DNA from: Balanoglossus misakiensis
Lineage: Eukaryota > Animalia > Hemichordata
Assembly (NCBI GenBank): GCA_040954595.2
Contig: CM082592.2
Location: 3,612,735 to 3,676,734 of the forward strand
Direction of reading: 5' to 3'
Length of the DNA: 64,000 nucleotides
In this document: piece after piece, positions 1 through 11,265 of the stretch
How positions within the stretch are numbered: position 1 is the first letter of the stretch
Layout of the letters: each line of letters starts with the position of its first letter
Notes under the pieces: generated by a model
Databases searched by the model: none
Told to the model about the DNA's origin: nothing
What the model saw: the letters and a program-made list of their open reading frames with translations, nothing else
Translations under genes and position numbers: made by a program

Positions 1-273
1 TTCAATATTACATGCCCACGTGTTCACTATAAAAACGTCATAACGAAACTTCTCTGTGGCATATATCGCTCCCATTCCAAAGGAAGCCCGTCGCTTCAGG
101 TACCTCGTGAGAGACTATTATCTCTCCGATTTGAGGTTTTGCACAAACACGAGCGTGGCTTAATTCACTCGTGTTTTGTGGAAACATTCGGCGCTATCTA
201 CGTACATGACAAAATGATCGTAAATGCAGTGGATATTGACGTCGATTTGACCGAATAGAACTTCGACATTAGG

Positions 274-1002
274 ATGGACGGATGCGAATACCGGGTAGTG
301 CATTCCACCAACAGGCGCGCAGAGATGGTTTTCTTCATGGTTAACATCGTCTCATCTCAAGTGATTGGTCATAGGAAACCTCCTGATGACATGGAGATGT
401 CGTCATCGGTACACCTTCGAGGATCTAAACTGCAGCACACAATGTTTGAAGTCGCCAATCCTTTGACACACTCGTCCACAGTACTGAACTTCGCTTCTAC
501 TGGAGCAACTACTGTTACCGTAAGAGGTAATTACCTACTGAGAACACGAGCCAGTCTGGATTTTGCTTACCATCAGGGACTGGCTTTCAACAAACGAAGA
601 CTGGTGCTGTTACCGTTCTCTACGAATAACTTAAATTACTCTGGGCGTTTGTACGGGGTGATGAACCCACACCAGGTCAAAGACTGTCTTTGTAACAGCG
701 AACGGTGTATAGTAGACAAGAACGATCAATTTCCCTCTATAAAATTAACTTTTGAACAAGATGGTTTAACCAGCCAAAAAGTGTGTTTTCAACTATTTGT
801 CCCAACGATGTCTATTAATACTCAATTTCAAACTTGGGACACGCTTTACGAGAGCAGTCAGAGAATGTTAGATATCATACTCCGTTATGCCGATTTTAAT
901 CAGGATCTGTGTACTATGTGTGTAAATGCAGAGACGTTAAAAGGCCGCAAACTTTGTAAAAATGAAGTAGATGAGATATACGATAACTTTAGTCGGGCAT
1001 AG
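274..1002 (+). CDS. hypothetical protein (242 aa)
   Basis: ATG-initiated 242-codon ORF followed by AT-rich 3' sequence; no recognisable motif. Confidence 0.6.
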   Translation: MDGCEYRVVHSTNRRAEMVFFMVNIVSSQVIGHRKPPDDMEMSSSVHLRGSKLQHTMFEVANPLTHSSTVLNFASTGATTVTVRGNYLLRTRASLDFAYHQGLAFNKRRLVLLPFSTNNLNYSGRLYGVMNPHQVKDCLCNSERCIVDKNDQFPSIKLTFEQDGLTSQKVCFQLFVPTMSINTQFQTWDTLYESSQRMLDIILRYADFNQDLCTMCVNAETLKGRKLCKNEVDEIYDNFSRA

Positions 1003-2014
1003 GTTATTTCACAGCTACCTTACAGTACAATAGCGTAATTTGCGTTGTTTGCATAAAGCAAGTAATCGTATAACAAAATGGAAGTTATAACAAACACGCG
1101 TTAATGCTTTATATTGACGACAGTGTTGTAATTATTGTTACTACCATGTTTTAATTATTGGAGTTATCAGGTATTTCCAATACATGCCTCATTGAAGCCG
1201 AAAAATAAGATATTAAATGCATGTTTTAAATAGAATCTGTACGTTCTCCTTATCATGCGTTATGTCTGGGGCGCGTAAATGGATCACATCTGTACCGAGA
1301 TAAGTATCTGACGTGAGCAATGTGAAGAATCGTTGAATATGTTATTTCGAACGTTTCAAGAAAATGCATGACACCTTGTGGCGATGCGAGTTTGTTCAAA
1401 TGCGTAAATGTTACTTTTATGAAATTGTAGTATTAAAAACAAACTATTTGAGAAATATAGTTTTCTATGTCGTCAATTGTGGTGTGTGTGTGTGCGAGTG
1501 CGCATGTGTTATTTAGATCACGAAAAAAAATGAGCAGGGAAAACCAATATCCTAAGTCGACCGCGAGTAGGTTCAGGAACGCACGGATTGCCGCAATAAC
1601 ACGCTTTGATCAGTAGCCATGAAATGTAAACAGGCGATATCGTGGCCTATAATAATTAGTGACGCATGCCAGAGTGCGAACGCGGCACTTCCGATCGCAT
1701 TATTACGGTGGGAAAAAAAACTAAAGTAATTATTGACTGGGCGCACAAAAGCCCGAGTGATGTTAACGAAGGCCAGAGAGAATGAAAATCTTGTTTCAGG
1801 AGCGGCGAGCGAATATTTTTTTTTTTTAGGCTGAAGGCAAATCCTGTTCTCTGGCATATTTGCACAGATGCAGACAAGGCGATATAGTTGTTTCCCTTTT
1901 TACCAGAAATATCTCAGACAAAAACACTGATACATGTACTTGTAACTGAATGCATAGGCCGCTGGTCTTTGCACAACATATGTTGTAATGCGGAAGTAGA
2001 ATTTGCCGAGATCC

Positions 2015-2046
<32 letters not shown>

Positions 2047-2373
2047 AAATCAGCCAAAGTAGAAGTGGCGATTCCGATGAACAATTTCTTTTTTCTTTAA
2101 CAGAAACCATAAAATGCGACGCACATACAGGGTGATGTGTCCCCTGTACAACCGAAGTAAGGACCATTCTACAGGGAGGGGTGGGCAGCATTAATTCAAG
2201 TGTGCAGTCCGCGAAAATAAGTCAGAGCACTTTTAATCGAGTATAGGCTTAGTACCACAGAATTATGCCTTTTGCAACGGGAACACTAAATTCGGAAATA
2301 ATCCCAAAGTACATGATTCTTTAGAATTGAATCCAAACTCAGATCGTTCGCCTCATAGATTAATTCAATCGTC

Positions 2374-2667
2374 TATTCTTTACTATCAATCACGTGACCT
2401 TGCAATGTGTCCCATGGCGCAGTCGTTTCCGGATGACGGGCAAGCAATATTTCGGCATCCAGTAAAAGTTTTTCCGAGTATGTTTTTACTTTAGAACCGC
2501 CGAACACGTAACATGTATCAGATATGGTGCCTCATTGCATTTCGTCTGCACAGTTTTTGTCTGCACCCCGTAAGTCCACGTTGCTGAATTTGCCCGTCAT
2601 CTGGAAATTTGAAAGCGCACGTAACTGCCGCCTGAGCGCGTCTGACGTCATTTGATATCGAAGAATA
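2374..2667. mobile_element. MITE-like dispersed repeat, copy 1 (~290 bp)
   Basis: Imperfect terminal inverted repeats TATTCTTTACTATCAA / TTGATATCGAAGAATA and an internal inverted pair TTCCGGATGACGGGCAA / TTGCCCGTCATCTGGAA; close second copy at 7975-8276. Confidence 0.7.
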
Positions 2668-2855
2668 CACATGCCTTGGTAATCCCCTACTGCCTAATTA
2701 TTGTGGACACCCACGTCCACAAACGAAAACATCTGATTAACGCGCCTGGGCGCGTATGCTGTAAATAAAGTTCGAAGACAAGCTCTGGCACAGTATAGTG
2801 AAATTTAGACTCGTGTCTAAACCACCGTGCCGGAGTTTTACAGTCAGAAGTTGAA

Positions 2856-3781
2856 ATGTCTCACAAACGTGTTTCCAAGCAGTTCCATCGCCTGCTGAAA
2901 AATATCGCAAGTTTAAGCGACGGACAAGCCAAAGTGGTCGAATTTTCAGACTCGATGGACGATATCGCCATCAGGATATGTCCCAACGACGGGCTTTACA
3001 AAGACGCCGAGTTTATTTTCAGGGTACGTCTCGTACATTGAGGTGGGCGTGCGCTTTTCATGGAGTGTGTAGAATTTATGTTCCATTTCAGAACCGGCAG
3101 TCGTTTTCTTCTCAAATTTCCCTACCACTTTTAGAGTTTATCGAATCATCTAGAAACAAGGTGTAGGCATAAAACAACTAGAAATTTGTATCGACAATTT
3201 GCTTCGCTTACAAAAAAAAATCCGAAAAGACTCCTTATTTTAACGCAATAAAATTAAATTGAAGTACCATGATGTTCGCCACGGCCATTGTTAATGTGTT
3301 CTAAGAAATGAGGTCACGATTTTCAACGTAAAATCTACATTCCTCTATCAATGCCGGACTTAACCTAGTTTCTTTGCTGGTTCATTTACAGATCGAACTC
3401 GATGACAGATACCCTCGAGTTGCACCAACTGTTTCTTGTGAAACTCCAATATATCACCCTAATATAAATGCTTACGACGGGAATCTGTACGACAACGTCT
3501 GCGTGAGCGTTCTCTCCGACTGGACCCCGGATGTGGACCTGGAGAGCCTCGCCCAAGCGATACTTTTCCTGTTCTACCAGCCGAACCTGAGCGACCCGCT
3601 GTCTGAGATGTTCACGGACTCTCAGACCGTGGGCGAGTACGAAGCCAAAGTGGAGAGGTCGCTGAGGGGAGAGCTGGTGGATGGGGTTGTTTTCCAGAAA
3701 AACTGTAGCGGTGTTGCAGGGGGCGCGAACGACAACCGAGAGAGCGTCCCGTCCGCGCGAGGAGAACAGAAGCCACGATGA
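2856..3781 (+). CDS. ubiquitin-like conjugating enzyme E2, Ubc12/UBE2M (NEDD8 E2)-like, 2 exons, 185 aa
   Basis: Exons 2856-3023 and 3392-3781 joined by a phase-0 intron (AGG|gtacgt ... tttacag|ATC). Spliced product has ICPNDGLY, YP..AP.V.CET.IYHPNI, catalytic NVC, DW.P and FYQPN.SDPL, closest to Ubc12 as I recall it. Confidence 0.88.
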
Positions 3782-4342
3782 TGACGGACAAGTGAAAATG
3801 GCCCCCTGTCTCCCGCGGATGGGTGAAGCTAAACTAGAAAGTGGACACACTGAAATATTTCAACGTACAAACCAACAGTAGCTGTGCGTAGTTAAACACA
3901 GTCATTCTTTTGCATTATGTTTTCCGATCAGATAAATGATGTCTAAATATATCAGAAGGAGTCAGAGTATGACACGTCATGAATTCTCGTACAAATTCAT
4001 ACATGTATACATGCATGCATGTGGCGGTCTGCCGGATGACATGTCACAAGCAGTGGGGGCAACCCTTTTATCCTTCGCTTGTTAGTACCTTACAACTCAT
4101 GGGTCAGTCAATTATGCCAGATATGCAAGAATTTATCCACGCTATTACAAACGCATGTATATAACAGGTGGTCATCCCTGACCGAAGTCATTGGACAAGG
4201 GTTGTATGCCTAGACATATGTCTGCATTCGCGCATTATACTTCCTACTGAAAGAACTGCCAATACGCGGGGCACAAGCACTGCATAGCCATAACTGTATC
4301 GACAGGACCGGATTCACACCTTGAACATTATCAACGAGAAAC

Positions 4343-5599
4343 ATGTGTTCAATAAGAGAGATTATGGATATCATGACCAATACAGTGGATGTGGTGTTTG
4401 ATAAGGATAACCAAAAGTACACAGTTCCGCTTAGCTGGATCACAAACTATATACCAATGTTAGCGGCGATGACGTCGTGGCAAAACAGCTATGACCTTGA
4501 TTTGACGTCCACAAACCCGCGGATTCTCCGACTTAGCCCCGTACTGTATTATGGCGAACTTACAGCCGACTTATTAGAGCATTTTATTGAATTTTCCTGC
4601 GCACGATATTACGGTATTGACCACTTCACACGCATTGAGTTAAAGCATTTCCCATGGAATAAGTTGGCCAATCTTGTGGCCTTGGCTGACTACTGGTGCG
4701 TACCAAACTACAACGTTAAACTTGCGCGCTTCATTCGTTTTGTCGCATCGTCGCCACGTATAGACGATGTACTATCTGGAGCAGGTTTATTGACAGAGTG
4801 GTATGTAAATTTGGCAAGAGCCTATCACGAATTAGCCCATTGGTTTCCGGACAATTTAGGAGGTGTGTCTACGGTTCGAGAGGCCATTGCAGTTACATTG
4901 TTCAATGGACAATATAACAAAACTGTATGTACCTGTCAGAAATACGTTGAAAACGGATGCATAGAACGTACATTACACGGGAGCTATGACGGTAGAATAC
5001 GCCGCCTCATGAAATATTGGACGGAGATAAGAGGCTGCAACATGGTGTCCATCATCGCTTCAGCTGGATGGACTTCGAGCACTATTTTGAGTGTATGTAG
5101 TGACATAGACGCCGGTATCAAGGATCAGTACAACAGATGGTTCGTGTTCCTTGTGCATTTCTGGTTTGCCAGATATACTGTGGAACGTGATTGCTGTCTG
5201 TATGTCGCCCAGTGTGCGGCTATCAACAAAAGGGATGGCTTGGACAGACGCATTTTCCTTCTGTCCTCTTTATTTTATTATTCTAAATTAAATAACAGCG
5301 AAACAAATTTGGCCATAGGGAAGTTGCAAGAACACAAGAGTCTCATGGAAAACTACGTGCAAAGTATTGGAAAGCAACTGTGTTGCATTAACTGCGACAT
5401 TATGTACGGTGACGACGCCACACGTTGTGAAACCTGTGGGGGTGTGGCATGTGCAGACTGCATAAATCGATGTATGATCTGCAGGGCTTTTAAGTGCCAT
5501 CGATGTTCTCAATTTATAAGACGACGATCACGTCTGCAGCGAACCTACGTGGCAGGCATGACATGTTTCGCGTGCTTTTATTACTATATGTATCAATGA
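4343..5599 (+). CDS. BTB/POZ-like protein with C-terminal Cys-rich zinc-binding region
   Basis: 418-aa ORF; LLEHFIEF...LANLVALADYWCVP resembles the BTB C-terminal helices; several CxxC pairs at the C-terminus. Confidence 0.6.
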   Translation: MCSIREIMDIMTNTVDVVFDKDNQKYTVPLSWITNYIPMLAAMTSWQNSYDLDLTSTNPRILRLSPVLYYGELTADLLEHFIEFSCARYYGIDHFTRIELKHFPWNKLANLVALADYWCVPNYNVKLARFIRFVASSPRIDDVLSGAGLLTEWYVNLARAYHELAHWFPDNLGGVSTVREAIAVTLFNGQYNKTVCTCQKYVENGCIERTLHGSYDGRIRRLMKYWTEIRGCNMVSIIASAGWTSSTILSVCSDIDAGIKDQYNRWFVFLVHFWFARYTVERDCCLYVAQCAAINKRDGLDRRIFLLSSLFYYSKLNNSETNLAIGKLQEHKSLMENYVQSIGKQLCCINCDIMYGDDATRCETCGGVACADCINRCMICRAFKCHRCSQFIRRRSRLQRTYVAGMTCFACFYYYMYQ

Positions 5600-5811
5600 C
5601 ATATTTAAAATAGTTAATTGTAGGATACTTTTAAAAGGTTTACAAAGAAAACGCATCACTGTACACCTAATTATTGTATCACATTCTTTATTAAAAAAAT
5701 GGTATACGAAACAATTTTGTATTGTGTGGATAGTTTTTTTTAAGCATAAACATAGCACGCCGTTACAAAACCTACATAACATGTATATTTGTCTCACATT
5801 GCTCAAGTTCA

Positions 5812-7145
5812 TTAATGTTCGCCTGGTAATTCTAATAAGTCTATAGCAAGTGAATGACCAGTTGTACCACCAGTGACTGAAGCTATACAAAAGAAATAGT
5901 TTTCCTCGTCGGTGTTCCGTTGTTTACACTTTAACCTGAATTCACATTCGTCGGTACATTCGTCATTACAGACGTTAATTTCCTGAAAATAAATATAAAA
6001 TATTCAGTTAATCATTTCAACAATACTGTAGCGTTTTCGCCGGTTCGATCATGGGTTTCTTTTCGGGACAAACAAACTGTCTCAGACGCCGTCGACACTG
6101 GCTCATAAGGAAAACAACTTACGTCCTTAATGATCACGTTCAAACGGAGGGAAGCTGTGGATGCATCTGAAACGGTTTTCTTGCGGTAGTGCACGGTCTG
6201 ATTTACACTACCCACATTTTCCCATTTCGCACGTGCCATCACCCAGGCGCTGTTGCGTCATGTGCTGCAACGCCTAACAAATCTTTCCTAGTGTGTGATA
6301 ATAAAGAGATGTGTGCAATACACGCTTTCTGCATCCCAGCACACAAAATTGCACAACAATTAATCGATTATACCAATGGCACACTTAGTCTCAGTTACAT
6401 ACAGATAAATTAATGTACCTTGCAATTGCTGCTTCCCACAAATTCCCATGGTTCATCAATGTCTCTTATCTCAATTTTCAGGATCTTATCTTGATCATGG
6501 AGAAAGTACGGCAGGCGATCGTCCCATGGAACGGAATCCTGTGAAGTAACAACAAGACAAAGGGCTTGAAGACCGACCTTCCGCCCCTCTCGCCACGGCG
6601 TTGTCGTATTTTATTATTTTTTCTACAGATTTTAATGTGTGTGTTCTTGTTTTTTACTTCTCTTGCTGTTTTTTTTTTTATGGGCTACAAGCCTGAAATA
6701 AAGATTATTATTATTAAGCGTATCACAGTACATTATGCGCAACTACTTTGAACAATCATACAGGTGCCAACGTCGTTGGGTCATATATACTGTTATATGT
6801 GAATAACCATGGATAAAGTCAGACTAATTTTGTTCTCTGTTTGTCTTACTTGAATATTTGTTTATGCGGCATCTGTACCAACAACAAAAATAGGCTCAAC
6901 GTGCGTGATTGCTGTTTAAATTGCGCGTCCATCTTCTTATCTGGCTTAACGGTAATCTCAAAGCGATGTCGTTAGTTCACACTTACCAGTCTATGCCTAT
7001 CAGTGTACCAAGTCCCTATGCGAATCTTAACATAATCTTCGCCTTCATAATCACATTTGAAACCAATCCTGATAAGTTTCCCGACATCGCCGAAGTCAAA
7101 GGCACTGGTAAGTGTCCCGGGGACCGGTGGTTTAGATGTAGACAT
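5812..7145 (-). CDS. 4-exon gene, C2-domain-like N-terminus, in-frame TGA at codon 103 (selenoprotein or pseudogene)
   Basis: Exons 7145-6987, 6538-6419, 6287-6123 and 5982-5812, all phase-0 GT-AG introns (two gtaagt donors, pyrimidine-rich acceptors). One TGA at 6260-6258. DYVKIRIG, PWDD and LKIEIRDID...EFVG recall a C2 fold. TATAAATA upstream and AATAAA downstream. Confidence 0.6.
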
Positions 7146-7570
7146 CCTTTCTCTGATCGCCTTGTTAATGCCAATTGTATGCGGCAAAACACACTGATAC
7201 AGGGTATGAGATACACTTTTACACAATTTGTAATTGATGCAACTGCGAGTAAAAGGAGTCCGTTGAAGTGCTTAAAGATGCTGACGGTGTAACATTTTAT
7301 CCACGCGTATTTATAGTATTCAGTATAACATAACGTGTAGATGGCGTCCACGAGTGATTTCACTTCATGAATGCACGCGTTCGTTTATTCCGAGACACGA
7401 CCAAACATATGACATTGCTCTAAGACAGTCAACAACTGTTTATATATTTGTGGGCACATAAGGGGCATTGCGATTCATATTTTGGTCCTTCTCCGAGAAG
7501 CACGGTACAACGTTGACCATCTCCAGCAAAGGGTCTAGTTTCGTTCCTCTACCCACACACCAGCGCGACA

Positions 7571-9187
7571 ATGCCCCGGTCGTTTTTAGTGAAGAATTCC
7601 ATCAAGAAAGCGGCGAACGGCAGGAGCGCATTCCCGGCAAGGGTTCCGACAACAGGTGATCACGGGCTGCAAGCGAGCCCGGTCGCGCGGCCAACTTTGA
7701 AAGATGAATTCGAACACTTTGAACGCTGCGAAAATCCAGATGTTCTCGCCATGAGAGATGAGAATTTGTACAAGAATATGTACAGCGTCGTAATGTCAGA
7801 TGGGCCCTGCATTGATGTGCGGAAGTGGCCCGGCGAGATCTCCACCTATACCGTCCAATCACCGCCGCCAAATGGTGAGGATTCCCCCTGATTAATTCCT
7901 ATGTTACCTGTATGTATTTTGTGGCTATATGTCGTCTGAGTTTTGAAAAAAGGCGAGTAGAAAAGCGGAGTGTTTATTCTTTACTATCAATCACGTGATC
8001 TGGCAATGTGTCCCATGGCGCAGTCATTTCCAGATGACGGGCAAGCAATATTTCGGCATCCAGTAAAAGTTTTCCCGAGTATATTTTTACTTTAGAACCG
8101 CCAAACACATAACATGTATCGGGTATGTTGCCTCATCAGCCTCATTGCATTTCGTCTGCACAGTCTTTGTCTGCACCACGTAAGTCCACGTTGCTGAAGT
8201 TGCCCGTCATCTGGAAATTTGAATGCGAACGCAACTGCCACCTGAGCGCGTCTGACGTCATTTGATAGCGAAGATTTGACAAGTGCAGTGTCGCCAATGT
8301 GTGGTGATGGATTGAATGAACCATTCTACTTTTGTTTTTGTGTTGTGCTGTGCGCTTGAGTTCTTTGTGTTTACGAAAGTACGTCTTTTTCCAGGTTTCA
8401 ACAAAGCAATGATTGAACTCCTGAAGGCCAGTAAACTGAGCATTACCGATTTGTACAGGGCCTTGACTACGGAACGGCTGTACTGGTCAACTAACGTCGA
8501 TAACCGGGCCCACGTCCTTCTGCGTCAAATGCGAGAAGGTTTTCAACACGCCGCACGGCCTAGAATTACGTGTGAAGTGTGCAACAAATCCTTCGGACAT
8601 GCCGTTAGTTTGAGTCAACACATGGCCGTCCACACACAGGAACGAAACTTCCAGTGCAAACAGTGCGGGAAAAGTTTCAAGCGATCGTCAACGCTCTCCA
8701 GGCATCTGCTCATTCACTCGGACACCCGGCCCTACCCGTGCCAGTACTGCGGAAAGCGATTCCACCAGAAATCTGACATGAAGAGGCACACTTACATTCA
8801 CACAGGTAATTATTGTCTGTTAATATGGGCTTTGTTAGTGGGTGTCTAACCCTCGACAGGGCTGGTGTATACACAATTAAATCCACTCCCATGTAATTGT
8901 CAATTACATCAGAAAACAAAGGGGGCTCTTTACCCCGTGGTGTATGGAAAGCTGACGTGCTAACTGCGGTCGCTTTTCGTGTCATTCAATTTCCAGGCGA
9001 AAAACCGTACAAGTGTCTGAAATGTGGCAAGGCGTTCATCCAGTCGACCCATTTCATCACGCACAGCCGCAAGCACACGGGCTACAAGCCGTTCTCCTGC
9101 CAGATCTGCACCAAATCCTTCCAGAGAAAAGTGGACATGAGACGCCACCTCAAAACGCAGCACGCCACCAGCTCTGAGCGGCAATAA
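7571..9187 (+). CDS. gfi1: Gfi-1/senseless-like SNAG-domain C2H2 zinc-finger repressor, 3 exons, 301 aa, 5 fingers
   Basis: Starts MPRSFLVK (SNAG). Exons 7571-7874, 8395-8805 and 8997-9187, both introns phase 1 GT-AG. Fingers FGHAVSL, FKRSSTL, FHQKSDM, ITHSRKH and FQRKVD match Gfi-1 ZF2-ZF6. Confidence 0.92.
7975..8276. mobile_element. MITE-like dispersed repeat, copy 2 (in Gfi-1 intron 1)
   Basis: Aligns end to end with 2374-2667 with scattered substitutions and a short indel. Confidence 0.7.
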
Positions 9188-10685
9188 GGGACGGTGGGCT
9201 GTGAAAAATGAAACGGACAATCTCCAACTACGCACACACACACACAATGACTGCATGCATGCACATTAGTCCTGACACATTATTCAAATATTGTAACCGT
9301 TGTGATAGCGTCAATATTTTTTGTAATATCGCATTCCGAAAATATAGAGATGAAACCAGAGTTGCGAGTTGCATCATTTGAAAGTCCGTATTTCAGTGCC
9401 CTAAATGATCCCTGTTGGGAATCGTGTGAGGTTCAAGGCAGGTTTCGCCTACCAACTCCTCTGGGAATCAGAGTTAAGCCCATACACGTGTAGTTTATTG
9501 GGAATGGGTATTGTTTATCTTTCTTCTCTGCAAAGTCACAGCTTCACAATAAGCCTAAGTCCAATGTCAGGTGTGAACAAATGCCAAAGTTCACCGACAC
9601 GTATATATAGCTTGACTGAATGTACAATAAACAGACTTGAACTTGGTAACCACAACTCGCGCATCGAGTCTCACTTTCCCGGCCATTCGTCCCTCTCCAC
9701 TCCCTGAACCCTTTCTCAAAGTGTACGCCGTACAATCCCAGTTAATGATATGGTTTAAGCCGGTTTAAGACACAATTACATATTAGTCAGGTGATATATA
9801 TAAGTTACAAGTAATTAGTTCTCATTTCGCGTCACTTTCAACACGTCCAGACCTCGCGCGACATTGAACGTACTATATTGCTTACGTAACGCAGGAATTT
9901 CATTGACTGCCAGTTGTTTATGTAATCAGATATTCCTTCCTAGACTAGCCCACTAGTCGCTTGGTTTTTAAATCTCAATACTTTTTGTGTTTTCGGTGGT
10001 TTTTTGTCTTAATAAATAATTTCAATACTTTTTGCGTGCATGCTTGCCTTTAGCGTGTTTTTGGTAGTGAGGCGAGTTTCGAATTTGCGACTGAGCTTGT
10101 GGTTTCGAGTAGCCGACACGTTCCCTACACAGCCCATAGACTTGGAGCAAGTCTAATTCCTTCCGTACGTAGTCTCCTTACAATGAATGTTACTGGTAGC
10201 TGCAACCATGGACGTAAAAAGAGAATAACTTAGGACTGTCCATAGAGCTATTGTTCAGGCGATGGTTGCCGCCCCGCTCCGTTATCTCCTTATACTCCGT
10301 AATACTTTAATCGGATTATATCCGTAATTTATTCAAGAGTGGGTTCGGGTACTATATTCGGTACTGTTCGGGTGTTTCCGTTGGAGTCAAGTGATCATAT
10401 CAGGCTGCATGAAATGCGCATGTGCGTGCCCTTTGACTTTGAACCATCGAGGAGATTTGGCCCGTATGCACCAAATCTACGCTGAATAAAAACATGAATT
10501 GCGTCTTTGGCCAATGTGGTAGCTCTTGTCATGTAGTCCACAAATTACAACATACATTTAAGGTTTTCTGCCGATCGAACGGATATTGTAGGCACCGTTT
10601 GGTTTACCGGCAATTCCACTCGAAGTCAACGATTGTGGGCGCGATCGTTTAACTTGTAATCCTATGGCGATAAAGTAACCGCACA

Positions 10686-10808
10686 TTGTTTTTTTTAGCA
10701 TGCTTATAAAGACCGGTTCGCCATTTGGTCAAATATGCGTCGTTTTTTTCTGTTTTCACTTCTTTATTTCCTATACATCGAGACAAAAAAATTGGGATAA
10801 TTTTACAG
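10686..10808. repeat. dispersed ~120-bp repeat, copy 1
   Basis: TTTTAGCATGCTTATAAAGA.CGGTTCGCCATTTGGTCAAATATGCGTCG... recurs at 14351-14477. Confidence 0.75.
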
Positions 10809-11265
10809 GGTAACATTTGAAACAATTGTCTCATCTAAGCTAAAACATGTAATATTAAAACATGTCCTACATACAACTGCTTAATTAAACCAAATTAAAC
10901 CAAAAAGGAGAGTAATTGATAAATGAACAGAAATACACAAAGAAATCGCACATTGTGAATTTATTTCTTTTATTTATTCTAAGGTTTTAATGAAAAAACA
11001 CTGTAATGATCTACATATTTTTTTAACACGTACTGACAGAAAAACAGTCGTGTTAAAGCGTCAAATAACATTAACTGATGAATGAACACAAATACAGACA
11101 GGAATAACGCAAAAAACTGTTATTCTATTGAACCTACAGTGTTAACGAATACAAACTAAAATATGATTCTTCATATGTATAAATTTCATAAAGAGGAAGT
11201 CGTTATCGCCAAACAACGTACAAGGTTTAACTGGCTATCTGACCGAAAATAACACTCGTCTGTGT

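Noticed and set aside
2014-2042. Poly(A) run (also 21146-21173) as a retrocopy tail or poly-Lys ORF
   Set aside because: No target-site duplication or convincing coding context seen.
5700-5812. SECIS element for the TGA-containing gene
   Set aside because: An ATGA...AA...GA string follows the stop, but the spacing is too short and no stem is evident by eye.
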